Below, piece after piece: positions 49,254-58,711 of a stretch of 64,000 nt of DNA; the first letter of the stretch is position 1, and the number at the start of each line of letters is the position of its first letter. Under the pieces are notes generated by a model, which saw only the letters and a list, made by a program, of their open reading frames with translations, was not told where the DNA came from and ran no database searches. Origin of the DNA: an uncultured Oceanospirillaceae bacterium (GTDB taxonomy: Bacteria; Pseudomonadota; Gammaproteobacteria; Pseudomonadales; Balneatricaceae); NCBI GenBank assembly GCA_937136055.1, contig CAKZOD010000043.1, positions 26,783 to 90,782 of the forward strand, given 5' to 3'. The position numbers and the translations under genes are program-made.

Positions 49254-50339
49254 TTAGTAAGCTTTAGGTACAACTTTCATAAAGATTTCAACCCAGCGCT
49301 CGCTAAATTCAATCCCCGCTTTTTTGTTGATTTCTAACACGGCGCGCATTAAAGGGCGTCTGTGCAGAGTTACACTGGTGTGCCCGTGGGTGATTGCTTC
49401 AAAAGTATGCACTATGGCGATAATTTTAGCAGCAGCGTTGATGTCATGTCCCATTAAGCCATTTGGATAGCCGGTACCGTTAATTAGCTCTTGGTGCTGC
49501 ATCAAGCTTTGGCCTGCCATGTGTGAGCCAAAAATAGAGCGCATCAGCTGGGAAGAGGTTTGGACGTGCTGGCGCATCAGTGTGCGCTGTTTAGGAGTGA
49601 GCGCCTCGTTTTTATTAAGTAATGACATCGGTAGAAAGGCCATGGCTATGTCATGAGTAAATAAAGAAGCGGCTAAGTTTACAATGTCGACAGGGCTGCC
49701 GGCTGCTAGGTTCATCGACAAAGCCAGCTGGCCAATGCGATCTGTGCGTCCTTTCCAGTAGCCTATACGATCTTCACAAGTTTTCGAGAGTTGATAGAGA
49801 AACTTAAGTTCTTCATTGTCGTCGGCTAGCTCTTGAAGCCAGTTTTTTTGATCGGACTGGGGCAGCGCAGTGGTAGGATCGATAAGCGCGATGATTTTGA
49901 TAAGAACGTCCGGTGTTTTATCGCTAGGGGTGCTGATTAGTTCTTGTAGTCCTTTTTCGACATCGTCATAAAGAGTTTTATCATAGCTAACTTCTTGTTT
50001 CTCGCCGTATTGATTCATGAAGTCGCGGGCTTTATCCATCAATAATAGCGTTAAATCACCCGTGTGATCTGAGAAGGCGATGCCTCCTTTTCTGACTAAA
50101 TCAAGGATGCTTTCAAGTTCTTGTAAAATGACGACCATAGGTTCAAAGCCAAGTAAACTGGTGTTGGCTTTAACGGTGTGGATTGTTCTAAATAAATCAT
50201 CAAGTAATACGCGATCTTGTGGTTCGTGTTCGAGATCTACTATACGTGATTCACAAATACCATATTGTTCTAAGAATTCATCATAAGCCTCAGCAAAAAG
50301 TTCATTGTCAATGGGATCATTAAGTTTGAAAATTGCCAT
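49254..50339 (-). CDS. HPt (CheA-P1-like) domain fused to an HD-GYP-like domain
   Basis: 'LFRTIHTVKANTSLLGF' HPt motif; 'THDIAM' and 'HQELINGTGYPNGL' HD-GYP-like motifs. Confidence 0.8.
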   Translation of the reverse strand: MAIFKLNDPIDNELFAEAYDEFLEQYGICESRIVDLEHEPQDRVLLDDLFRTIHTVKANTSLLGFEPMVVILQELESILDLVRKGGIAFSDHTGDLTLLLMDKARDFMNQYGEKQEVSYDKTLYDDVEKGLQELISTPSDKTPDVLIKIIALIDPTTALPQSDQKNWLQELADDNEELKFLYQLSKTCEDRIGYWKGRTDRIGQLALSMNLAAGSPVDIVNLAASLFTHDIAMAFLPMSLLNKNEALTPKQRTLMRQHVQTSSQLMRSIFGSHMAGQSLMQHQELINGTGYPNGLMGHDINAAAKIIAIVHTFEAITHGHTSVTLHRRPLMRAVLEINKKAGIEFSERWVEIFMKVVPKAY

Positions 50340-50442
50340 TGTTTAATCCTTAGTTATATTGGTAAATTATTTTTATGTGAGATATCTCTGGCGCTATTGT
50401 ATTGCATTACTGTTTTGCTGCTTTAAGTATAGCTTAGAGTTA

Positions 50443-51156
50443 TTAAAGCTCTGCTTTTATAATACAGTAAATTCTAAAGCCATAAATAAGCACTAGCAGG
50501 TTTAATATATCAAAGCAGATATTGATGAGAATGCTTGGGCCCATTTGGTCTGGAAATAGTGATTGCGTAAGATTGAGCACTAAAGATCGCAGTACTAAAA
50601 TACTGATGCTAATGAGCGCAACGCCATGAAAGATTGGCCAGACATAGTCTTTTGTTTGCTGCCAGCTGTCATTTAGACATTGGGTAATTGAGCGTTTTTC
50701 AATGATGCAAATGTAATCCGAAATAGAGAGACGGATGGCAATATAGATCCCCGGGATGATGAGCAGTAAAAGACCCATTGAAATCAGTAGGCTGTAAAGG
50801 GTAAACACAACAAAAAGCTTGAACCATGACTTGCTGCAGGCCAGTAGTGCTTGAGTTGCGCTAAAGGGCTGGCCATCAATTGTTGATTGCATGAAAGCGA
50901 TTGTCGCCCCCCAGTAAATAGGCATGATCAACAGGTTAAATACTGTAATAGTCAGCATGCTATCAGCGAGTTGCTGTGGTGTTTGGCTCACTAGTGACAA
51001 ATCAAATTGTTGTACAAAGAGATAAGAGATAATGATAAAAGGTAGATTGATAGCTACCAAGGTTTTTAGGTTTTGGCGTAGAAAGAAAAAACTTTGTTTT
51101 ATGTATTCAAATATCATCGAGATTACTGGCACAACTTGTCGTAAAGGGATTGCCAT
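50443..51156 (-). CDS. Multi-pass membrane protein (YciC/UPF0259-like)
   Basis: About 5-6 hydrophobic helices; 'LLLLIIPGIYIAIRL', 'CLNDSWQQTK'. Confidence 0.7.
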   Translation of the reverse strand: MAIPLRQVVPVISMIFEYIKQSFFFLRQNLKTLVAINLPFIIISYLFVQQFDLSLVSQTPQQLADSMLTITVFNLLIMPIYWGATIAFMQSTIDGQPFSATQALLACSKSWFKLFVVFTLYSLLISMGLLLLIIPGIYIAIRLSISDYICIIEKRSITQCLNDSWQQTKDYVWPIFHGVALISISILVLRSLVLNLTQSLFPDQMGPSILINICFDILNLLVLIYGFRIYCIIKAEL

Positions 51157-51533
51157 TGTAGCAGCCGTTTTTGAATTCTTTTAGTGTTAAATACCTTGTT
51201 TTGTGTGATTTTTTCTAGATAGTAGGCAAAATAATCTCTATTTGTAGGTCGCTTAAGGTATTTGTTTTTAAGGGGTCTTTATCTTAAGCGAGCTACATTA
51301 AGGTTATAGCGATGCAGTAAGTGAATTGCAGCTAGCTTGAGGGCATATAGTCGGTATAATGCCGCTCTTTCTTTGCTATCATCTTTTCTTTTAAATACGT
51401 GTCAGTAAAGAGATAGTACTGTAGAAGCTGTCGTATAGAATTACACCGAGGCCTAGAGGGAAATAGGCTGAGTTTATTTTTAATCACAGTATTCTCTTAG
51501 ATACCCGCAATGTAACCTTAACAAGAGTCATCA

Positions 51534-52481
51534 ATGTCCCAATCTCATGAGTCATTTAATCTTCTCCCAGAGCAGTTGACAAGCTGGGTAGACGAGCAGT
51601 TAGCGGCGAGTTTATTGCACTCTACGTACCAAGTAAGGCGTTTATTCCACGGTAGAAGCGCTGTGATAGATGCTTTCACACCATTAGTAGTAGATTGGCT
51701 GCCACCTGTAGCGGTTATTCGTCTTTATGATGATATTGATCCTAAAGTGTTAGCACAGCTAAGCAGTTACCTTTGGCAAAAAGAGGCTGTGCAAGGGGTG
51801 GTAGTGCAAGAGCGGGGGCGAAATCGTAACACAACCTTTGTAGTGGCTCACGGAGAAGTGGATCAGCAAATAGTGGTGCAAGAAGATGAGCTGTCTTATC
51901 AGCTGACACCGCTGACCAATCAGAATTCCGGTTTGTTTCTGGATATGCGCAATGGTCGTCGCTGGTTAAAAGAGCAGGCTAAAGATTGTAAAGTGCTTAA
52001 TCTGTTTTCTTATACCTGTGCATTTTCGGTGGCGGCGGTGGCAGGTGGTGCATCTTTGGTCGTCAATGTTGATTTAAGTAAGCGCGTGTTATCGACAGGG
52101 CGTACTAATCATCAGCTAAATAAGCATGATAAAAATAAGGCGAAGTTTATGCCTTTGGATATGCTTAAGTCTTGGTCGAGAATTAAAAAACCGGGACCTT
52201 ACGATATCGTTGTAATTGATCCCCCAAGTTTTCAACCGGGCTCTTTTGTTGCTCAAAAAGATTATGTAAAAGTGCTCAGACGCTTAACGCAGTTGACAAC
52301 AGATAATGCAAAAGTGTTGTTGTGTCACAATGATCCCACGCAAGATAGTGCCTTCGTAAAAGAGCTAATGACACAAGAGTGTCCAGAGTTTAAGTTTATA
52401 GCGCGGCTTGAAGTGCCTGAGGATTTTGCAGAACCAGATATCGAGAGAAGCTGTAAAGTGTTGATCTATCAGCGCGATTAG
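51534..52481 (+). CDS. Class I SAM-dependent methyltransferase (RlmI/RlmK-like)
   Basis: 'NSGLFLDMR', 'VLNLFSYTCAFSVAA', 'DIVVIDPPSF'. Confidence 0.88.
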   Translation: MSQSHESFNLLPEQLTSWVDEQLAASLLHSTYQVRRLFHGRSAVIDAFTPLVVDWLPPVAVIRLYDDIDPKVLAQLSSYLWQKEAVQGVVVQERGRNRNTTFVVAHGEVDQQIVVQEDELSYQLTPLTNQNSGLFLDMRNGRRWLKEQAKDCKVLNLFSYTCAFSVAAVAGGASLVVNVDLSKRVLSTGRTNHQLNKHDKNKAKFMPLDMLKSWSRIKKPGPYDIVVIDPPSFQPGSFVAQKDYVKVLRRLTQLTTDNAKVLLCHNDPTQDSAFVKELMTQECPEFKFIARLEVPEDFAEPDIERSCKVLIYQRD

Positions 52482-52533
52482 CGCTGATAGAGATTAACAA
52501 AATTATTAACAATCAAATATTTAACGCATGTTA

Positions 52534-53985
52534 TTAATGTTGTATTTGCTGCTTGGCGGCCATTCTTGCGGTTGCTTTTTGGTAGTCATCTGCTTGAGTG
52601 ATCGCTGTGACAACAGCAATGGAACCCACACCACTTTTTAGTACCTCATCAATATTATGTTCTTTGATGCCTCCAATAGCGACAATTGGAAAATGTGCTG
52701 CCAGTGTTTTACACCAGTGGTTGAGGTTATCAAGGCCGATCAAAATAGCGGGCTTAGTTTGAGTGGGATAAACAGTGCCCATAGCGATATAGCTTGGCTT
52801 GATTGAGATTGCCCTGAGCCATTCATATTCACTGTGAGTGCTTATTCCCAAACGTAATCCTGCCTGTGCGATAGCACTTAGATCGGTAATATCGAGATCT
52901 TCTTGGCCTAAATGCACGCCATAACAATGGTGTTTAATGGCCAGCTGCCAATAGTCATTGATAAATAATCGCGCATTGTATTGTTTGCCAAGTTTTGATG
53001 CTTGCTCAACTGCATTGTCAAGCTCTGCTAAGGGCATGTCTTTAATGCGCAGCTGTATCGTTTCGATCCCTAGAATTAATAGTTTCTCCAGCCACTCAAT
53101 TGTATCAACTACCGGATAAAGTCCCAGGGATAAGGTGTTAGTTGAAGGAAAGCTTAAAGGCTCGTTCGAGGGAAGATTAGAATGGGTGATAGCGCCGTTA
53201 TACAGTGGAAAGTTTGAGAGCTCACAAGGCCAGCTTAGATTTTCTGAGGTTTTAGCTGCCAGTTCTAGGCCTGCTGTGCTTTGCAATTGATTAATTGATG
53301 CAAGTGCAAGTACGGTTGCATCGCAAATACGTTTACCTAAGATGATATAGCAGGCGATTAAGGCACTTGTAATACTTCGGTAGTCGCTCTCATCGTGTTC
53401 ATGAGAGGCTTTTCTTTGCGTAAAAAGAGCCTGGCTATCAACATCTAAAGCAGTGCTAAGAAAAAAATGACTATGTGTATTGGGCTGTTTGATTAGCAAA
53501 TTGTTGAGTTTGTACTGTTGAGCAATATCTTGATTGGTTTCCAGCGGTTTATCATCGCTGGGTAGGGTGTCAATTGTGAGCGCAAGCGGGTTCGCATCAA
53601 TAATCAATAAATCAGCACTTTTAAATAAGCTGAGTAATTGCTGGGTATTCCCTTTTGATTGATTGATAAAGTTGCTCAATGTTTGAGTGCTTACGATGAG
53701 CTCTAGTACCGTTTTATACTGGCGCGCTCTATAGCAATTGAGTTGAGCAACAGCCAGTGCGACCGCTTCATTTGCAGCGCTTGGGGACTCATTGAAGTGT
53801 TGATTTGTCAAGACAGTACGATAGACCGCGGTAGCGCTAGCGCTAATTGCAGCAGTGTCTGAAATTTCTGATGTGCGAATGAGTTGCGCTAGCAATGGGC
53901 CTATGCTTATTAATTCGCTGCTGATGTCGTCACAATACTGCTCAGTTAACGGCGCTGCTAATGCTTGAGTGCTTGATGTATTCAT
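52534..53985 (-). CDS. thiE: Thiamine-phosphate synthase with a degenerate N-terminal ThiD-like domain
   Basis: C-terminal 'LGLYPVV', 'IQLRIK', 'FINDYW', 'GVHLGQEDL', 'GISTHS', 'PTQTK', 'AIGGI'; the N-terminal ~270 aa lacks ThiD catalytic motifs. Confidence 0.9.
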   Translation of the reverse strand: MNTSSTQALAAPLTEQYCDDISSELISIGPLLAQLIRTSEISDTAAISASATAVYRTVLTNQHFNESPSAANEAVALAVAQLNCYRARQYKTVLELIVSTQTLSNFINQSKGNTQQLLSLFKSADLLIIDANPLALTIDTLPSDDKPLETNQDIAQQYKLNNLLIKQPNTHSHFFLSTALDVDSQALFTQRKASHEHDESDYRSITSALIACYIILGKRICDATVLALASINQLQSTAGLELAAKTSENLSWPCELSNFPLYNGAITHSNLPSNEPLSFPSTNTLSLGLYPVVDTIEWLEKLLILGIETIQLRIKDMPLAELDNAVEQASKLGKQYNARLFINDYWQLAIKHHCYGVHLGQEDLDITDLSAIAQAGLRLGISTHSEYEWLRAISIKPSYIAMGTVYPTQTKPAILIGLDNLNHWCKTLAAHFPIVAIGGIKEHNIDEVLKSGVGSIAVVTAITQADDYQKATARMAAKQQIQH

Positions 53986-53998
53986 CTCAATATCGTCT

Positions 53999-54811
53999 CT
54001 ATTTGTTTTGATGCCAAAAAGGCTGGCCGAGAACAGGAGTGCTAGGGAGTGCTGTTTGGCGAGCGGGCATTAACCCAGCTAAGTAAGCAGATCTACCAGC
54101 TTCGATTGCCAGTTTAAAGGCTTGTGCCATCAGTGCTGGGTCGTCAGCTTTGGCGACAGCGGTATTAAGGAGCACAGCGTCATAACCCATTTCCATTGCA
54201 TTGGCTGCTTGTGAAGGGGAGCGAATTCCCGCATCGATGATTAAAGGGGTGTCTGTTATGCGCTCTCTAAGAGCACTTAAGTGATATTTGTTTAATAAGC
54301 CTTGGCCAGTGCCGATAGGGGCTCCCCACGGCATTAGAGCTTGGCAGCCAGCATCTTTTAAGCGCATGCAAAGGACTAGATCGTCGGTGCAGTAAGGCAG
54401 TACTTTAAAGCCTCTTTTTATCAGCTCTTGAGCTGCGATAAGGAGCTCAAAGGGATCGGGCTGAAGGTTGTACTCATCACCGATTACTTCTAGTTTTATC
54501 CAGTTAGTCTCAAATAACTCACGGGACATTTCGGCTAAGTTGATGGCTTCTTTTGCTGATCTACAACCGGCGGTGTTGGGGAGCAACTTGCAGCCTGTAT
54601 CTTTAATGAGCTGCCAAAATGACTCGCCTTCATTTTGCTGTGGATTCTGGCGGCGCAAGCTGAGCGTTATAAATTCACTGTGTGAAGCTTTTATCGCCTT
54701 GCTCATATCTTCTGGTGAGCGATAAAGTGCAGTGCCGAGTAAAAATCGGCTGTTAAATGTTTCGCCGTAAAGCGTAAGAAGATCCGGTGTGTTCATAGGT
54801 AAGTCGCTCAC
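53999..54811 (-). CDS. thiG: Thiazole synthase
   Basis: 'LPNTAGC', 'WIKLEVIGD', '[12 protein letters not shown]', 'IDAGI', 'VLLNTAVA'. Confidence 0.97.
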   Translation of the reverse strand: MSDLPMNTPDLLTLYGETFNSRFLLGTALYRSPEDMSKAIKASHSEFITLSLRRQNPQQNEGESFWQLIKDTGCKLLPNTAGCRSAKEAINLAEMSRELFETNWIKLEVIGDEYNLQPDPFELLIAAQELIKRGFKVLPYCTDDLVLCMRLKDAGCQALMPWGAPIGTGQGLLNKYHLSALRERITDTPLIIDAGIRSPSQAANAMEMGYDAVLLNTAVAKADDPALMAQAFKLAIEAGRSAYLAGLMPARQTALPSTPVLGQPFWHQNK

Positions 54812-55014
54812 TAGCCACCTCCAATAGGTTTAACGATATCGATAGTGTCATTTGATGCTAAAACAGTGTGTTCATATTGGTGTTTAGGCACGAATTCGCC
54901 ATTGATGGCGATAGCAACCATTTGATCGGCGAAACCTGTGATCTTCACAAGTTCGCTAAGCACAGTGTCACTTTCGATGTCTATCAGTTGGTTGTTGACG
55001 GATACTTTAAGCAT
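54811..55014 (-). CDS. thiS: Sulfur carrier protein
   Basis: 67 aa ubiquitin-like protein ending in -GG; '[10 protein letters not shown]'. Confidence 0.95.
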   Translation of the reverse strand: MLKVSVNNQLIDIESDTVLSELVKITGFADQMVAIAINGEFVPKHQYEHTVLASNDTIDIVKPIGGG

Positions 55015-56125
55015 GACTTTGCTCCGTAAAAGTAAATAAATGATTGAAGTGTTGGCATTCTTTGCCGTTTAGCCAGCTCATCACAGAGTGAATGATGGCA
55101 GGAGCTATTAGATAGCCGTGGCGAAACAAACCATTAATTGAGATATGTTTGTCACAAACCTGGATGCAGGGTTTGTTGTTGGCAAGTGCCGGCCTTAGGT
55201 TGGTGTTTTGCTCGAGGATACGCGCCTCAGCAAAGGCGGGGCTGATACTGTAAAGGGCGCTACATAGCTCCATCATGGATTGTACTGAAACAGCCGATTG
55301 ATCTTCGCTCTCTATTTGTGTTGCACCAATCACAAAATGTTTATTGGGTTTTGGTGCCAAATATAGCTGGTACCTTGGATGCATGAGTCTAACAGGGCGT
55401 GACAGGGTAAACTCATCACAGCTCACGCGTAAAACTTCGCCGCGAACGCCTCGCAAGTTAGTGAGTTGCTGCTTTGCGCCAAAACCACGGCAATCGAAAA
55501 CTAAGTCAAATGCGTGTTGTGTATCTTTGCTGACAACGCAATTGTTACGAATTTGTACTGGCGTGTTGTCGATGATAGAAACATTTTGTGCTTTGCAAGC
55601 TAGCAGCAAGCTAGACATAAGCTGGCGATTATCAATTTGAGCTTCATCAGGCAGGAAAAGCCCTTGCTTGAAAGTGCTAGATAAATCAGGTTCTAGGGAG
55701 TGGATTTGGGAGTCGTCAACAGCTTGGAATTGCGCATTACAACGTCTTGTGAGGCGCTCAGTATTTAGTTTGAAAAAATCAAGCTCTGCTTGGTCTTGTG
55801 GGTGAGCAATTATCAAACTGCCATTGGTTTGAAATTCAACTTGCTGTAAATGTTGGTTTTTTAAATGCTCAATAATACTAGGCCATAGCTTTATTGATGT
55901 TGCGCCTAAGTGGTAGGTATCAATATCAGAATCGATGGTTTCAGAGATAGGGGCAATCATACCTGCTGCGGTAAACGCTGCGGCGCTCGCATGCTGGTCT
56001 TTTAAATTGGCGAGGTTGTCTTTTTCGTAGAGTGTAACGTTTATTGAGTGTTTTGAAAGCTCAACAGCAAGTAAGCGGCCGACAAGACCGGCGCCAACAA
56101 TGGCGATATTAGTAGCATCAATCAA
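55007..56125 (-). CDS. thiO: Glycine oxidase
   Basis: FAD motif 'IVGAGLVG', 'AAGMIAP', 'RGVRGE', 'LRPA', 'NGLFRHG'; first gene of the thi operon. Confidence 0.9.
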   Translation of the reverse strand: MIDATNIAIVGAGLVGRLLAVELSKHSINVTLYEKDNLANLKDQHASAAAFTAAGMIAPISETIDSDIDTYHLGATSIKLWPSIIEHLKNQHLQQVEFQTNGSLIIAHPQDQAELDFFKLNTERLTRRCNAQFQAVDDSQIHSLEPDLSSTFKQGLFLPDEAQIDNRQLMSSLLLACKAQNVSIIDNTPVQIRNNCVVSKDTQHAFDLVFDCRGFGAKQQLTNLRGVRGEVLRVSCDEFTLSRPVRLMHPRYQLYLAPKPNKHFVIGATQIESEDQSAVSVQSMMELCSALYSISPAFAEARILEQNTNLRPALANNKPCIQVCDKHISINGLFRHGYLIAPAIIHSVMSWLNGKECQHFNHLFTFTEQSHA

Positions 56126-56209
56126 CGTAGTGTTCCCATAAATATAAAATCAGGAACAAGCAGTTAGCCGAAGCTGGGCGGTAATTAAATTACAGGCAGG
56201 ATCGCTATT

Positions 56210-56320
56210 ACTTGTTCCCTACGCAGGTGTTAGCCTGATCAGGTTCAACGGGATATGGCATAGCCAATCTCATCCTTGCGTGAAAGATTTTAATCACACA
56301 TGAAGGCACCCCGACAAGAT
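56210..56320 (-). ncRNA. TPP riboswitch
   Basis: Minus strand reads CTTGTCGGGGTGCC...GGATGAGA...ATCCCGTTGAACCTGATCAGGCTAACACCTGCGTAGGGAACAAG (P1 pairing, UGAGA and CCUGAUC motifs), directly upstream of thiO. Confidence 0.95.
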
Positions 56321-56361
56321 GAGCGCAAGTCTAGTATTAAGTCTGGGAACAGGCAAGGGGT

Positions 56362-57096
56362 TTAGTGTTTATCTTTTGAATTCAGTTGAGCGACTTCTTT
56401 ATCAAGCTGAGTGATTGTGAGTTTGATGACGTTATGGCAAATTCGCGATAACTGCTTAATGTTTTGTGCATTAAAGTGGCTGGTGTCGATTGGATCAAGG
56501 ACTTTCAAAATCGCATATCCATTATTGATTTTGTTAAGTCTAAAGTGAGATGTGCTACTTAAGACGATGGGTAAGATGGCCACTTGTGCTTGAATGGCAG
56601 TGTGGAATGCACCCATCTTAAAAGGTAGTAAACCTCTGCCAGAGCTACGTGTTCCCTCAGGAAATAGCCAAATTGAAATTCCATCATTAACAATGCGTTG
56701 CGTTACATAGCTAATAGTTGATATCGCGCTATTGTGGTTTTTTCTGTCGATAAATAAGCTGCCAGAAAGCCAGAAAAGTTGACCAAAGAATGGGATCCAG
56801 CGGATGCTATTTTTGCCGATGCATAATGTATTGTTATGAAACGCAGCCCCAAAGCAAGCAAGATCATAATTACTCTGATGATTGGCAATGAACACCGCAG
56901 GCTCGCTGTGAAAATTAGCCTTGTGTCGGACGATGAGTTTTATGCCAAGAATAGGTGCGAACACGCGACTAAGCGCTAAAGCTAGTATCTTAGTATTGTT
57001 GGCATGCCCTGGGCGACAAAGGCAAAATAGCATGCCAAATACACTAAAAAGTATAAATACTAAAGGGATAATCAAACAGCGAAGGAATGCAATCAT
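56362..57096 (-). CDS. plsC: 1-acyl-sn-glycerol-3-phosphate acyltransferase
   Basis: 'IANHQSNYD', 'FIDR', 'FPEGTRS', 'FKMGAF'. Confidence 0.93.
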   Translation of the reverse strand: MIAFLRCLIIPLVFILFSVFGMLFCLCRPGHANNTKILALALSRVFAPILGIKLIVRHKANFHSEPAVFIANHQSNYDLACFGAAFHNNTLCIGKNSIRWIPFFGQLFWLSGSLFIDRKNHNSAISTISYVTQRIVNDGISIWLFPEGTRSSGRGLLPFKMGAFHTAIQAQVAILPIVLSSTSHFRLNKINNGYAILKVLDPIDTSHFNAQNIKQLSRICHNVIKLTITQLDKEVAQLNSKDKH

Positions 57097-57322
57097 GTGG
57101 TGTTCTCTAAAAAATAAGTTTGAATGTTAACGCGATTCCAAAAAGGAGAGAAGGATTGATGTTGAATTACACAGTACTGAATGGTTTTTCTGGTATTTAA
57201 GGTAAATTTTTGATTAAAGGCTGTTACTATTCAAAGAGATAATTGAATGAGCAGTGAATGAAAGATCGCTCCTTTCGATGAGATTAAAACGATAACCGGC
57301 AGTTATGTTAATGAGAAGAGAT

Positions 57323-58315
57323 ATGCGAAATTTTGAACAAATACCACGTCAGTTGATGGGGCACGGTCCAACGCCTTTAGAGCATGCACCAAGATTGTCA
57401 GAGCATTTGGGTTGTCAGTTGTATATTAAAAGAGATGATTGTACAGGTTTAGCAGGTGGTGGTAATAAGACACGAAAGCTCGAGTATTTAGTGGCAGATG
57501 CGCTAGCTCAAGGGGCTGATACGCTAGTGACAATCGGTGGTTTGCAATCCAACCATGCGCGCCAAACGGCAGCGGCGGCGGCAAAATTCGGTTTGCGTTG
57601 TGAGCTGATTTTAGAGGATGTTGCAGGTACTCCAAAACAAGATTTTTATCATAATGGGAATGTTTTATTGGATGAGTTGCTTGGTGCAAATATTCACCGT
57701 TTAGAAATCGATCAAGATCTACAGGCTTATAGTGAGGCTCTGATTGTTAAGATCTTGGGTGAAGGCCAAAAACCTTATTTGATACCAGTAGGTGGCTCGA
57801 GTGTGATTGGCAGTATGGGGTATGTACGTTGCGCGCTGGAAATCGTCGATCAGATTAAAGCGCAGGATCTGCAAATTGATCAAATAGTGATTGGTAGTGG
57901 TAGCGCTGGTACCCAAGCTGGGTTAATTGCAGGGCTTATTGCTGCCAGTAGTGATATTCCTGTTTTAGGCATTAGTGTTTCAAAAACAGCGCCTCATCAA
58001 GCGCAAGTTGTCAATGATCTGCTAGTACCTGTGATGGAGTATCTGTTGCTGGAGCCGCAATTAGCAGCTGATAAAATTCATACAAATGGTGATTACTTTG
58101 GTGACTCATACGGCGTGCCTACAGCGGGGATGATTGAAGCTGTTAAGGCGTGTGCATCTCTTGAGGGGCTGTTACTGGATCCTGTGTACACGGGTAAGGC
58201 GATGGCAGGGCTGTTTGATTTGCGTGCAAAAGATGTTATTAAGCAGGGCTCAAAGCAGTTGTTTGTGCATACGGGAGGAAGCCCTGGGCTTTACGCGTAT
58301 CGTGAAATTTTTTAA
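57323..58315 (+). CDS. dcyD: D-cysteine desulfhydrase (PLP)
   Basis: 'KRDD', 'GGNKTRKLEY', 'QSNHARQTAA', 'DPVYTGKAMAG', 'HTGG'; Thr at the two positions that separate this family from ACC deaminase. Confidence 0.88.
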   Translation: MRNFEQIPRQLMGHGPTPLEHAPRLSEHLGCQLYIKRDDCTGLAGGGNKTRKLEYLVADALAQGADTLVTIGGLQSNHARQTAAAAAKFGLRCELILEDVAGTPKQDFYHNGNVLLDELLGANIHRLEIDQDLQAYSEALIVKILGEGQKPYLIPVGGSSVIGSMGYVRCALEIVDQIKAQDLQIDQIVIGSGSAGTQAGLIAGLIAASSDIPVLGISVSKTAPHQAQVVNDLLVPVMEYLLLEPQLAADKIHTNGDYFGDSYGVPTAGMIEAVKACASLEGLLLDPVYTGKAMAGLFDLRAKDVIKQGSKQLFVHTGGSPGLYAYREIF

Positions 58316-58374
58316 AAAGAAGATACAGTTAGAAGGGAAGGGCTGAAAAAATTCAGTTAGAACTTAAAGTGGCA

Positions 58375-58560
58375 TTATTTCTTTTTTGGGGTGCGGGTAT
58401 TTTTCTTTTTCTTAAAAATATCAAGTAACTTGTCTTTGCTTGATTTTTCGTTGGGAACGCTGTTTTCAAAACGGGCTTTCATTTTGTCAAAGCCTGCTTC
58501 TTTTTGAGCATGTTTAGCTAAGTGTTGTTTGTCTTTGAAATTGATGACGTTATTGCTCAT
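58375..58560 (-). CDS. Small basic hypothetical protein (61 aa)
   Basis: ATG with GGAG 7 nt upstream; Lys-rich C-terminus. Confidence 0.55.
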   Translation of the reverse strand: MSNNVINFKDKQHLAKHAQKEAGFDKMKARFENSVPNEKSSKDKLLDIFKKKKNTRTPKKK

Positions 58561-58650
58561 AAGTGGGCTCCAGTGCTGTTCGATGACTCGCTTGTGAATC
58601 TGTAACGGTCACTATAATACTGACACAATGGATGCATGCAAGTTCAAAGT

Positions 58651-58680
58651 AGACTCTTAGAGTGATTGCTCTAAGAGTCT
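58651..58680. terminator. 12-bp perfect stem-loop downstream of the DUF5610-like gene
   Basis: AGACTCTTAGAG-TGATTG-CTCTAAGAGTCT; weak U-tract. Confidence 0.5.
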
Positions 58681-58711
58681 CATCAGCTAACGGGCTCTGT
58701 TAGGTGTGATC

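Noticed and set aside
57323-58315. Possible ACC deaminase
   Set aside because: It has PVYTGK and HTGG (Thr/Thr) rather than the Glu/Leu pair diagnostic of true ACC deaminases, so it was called D-cysteine desulfhydrase.
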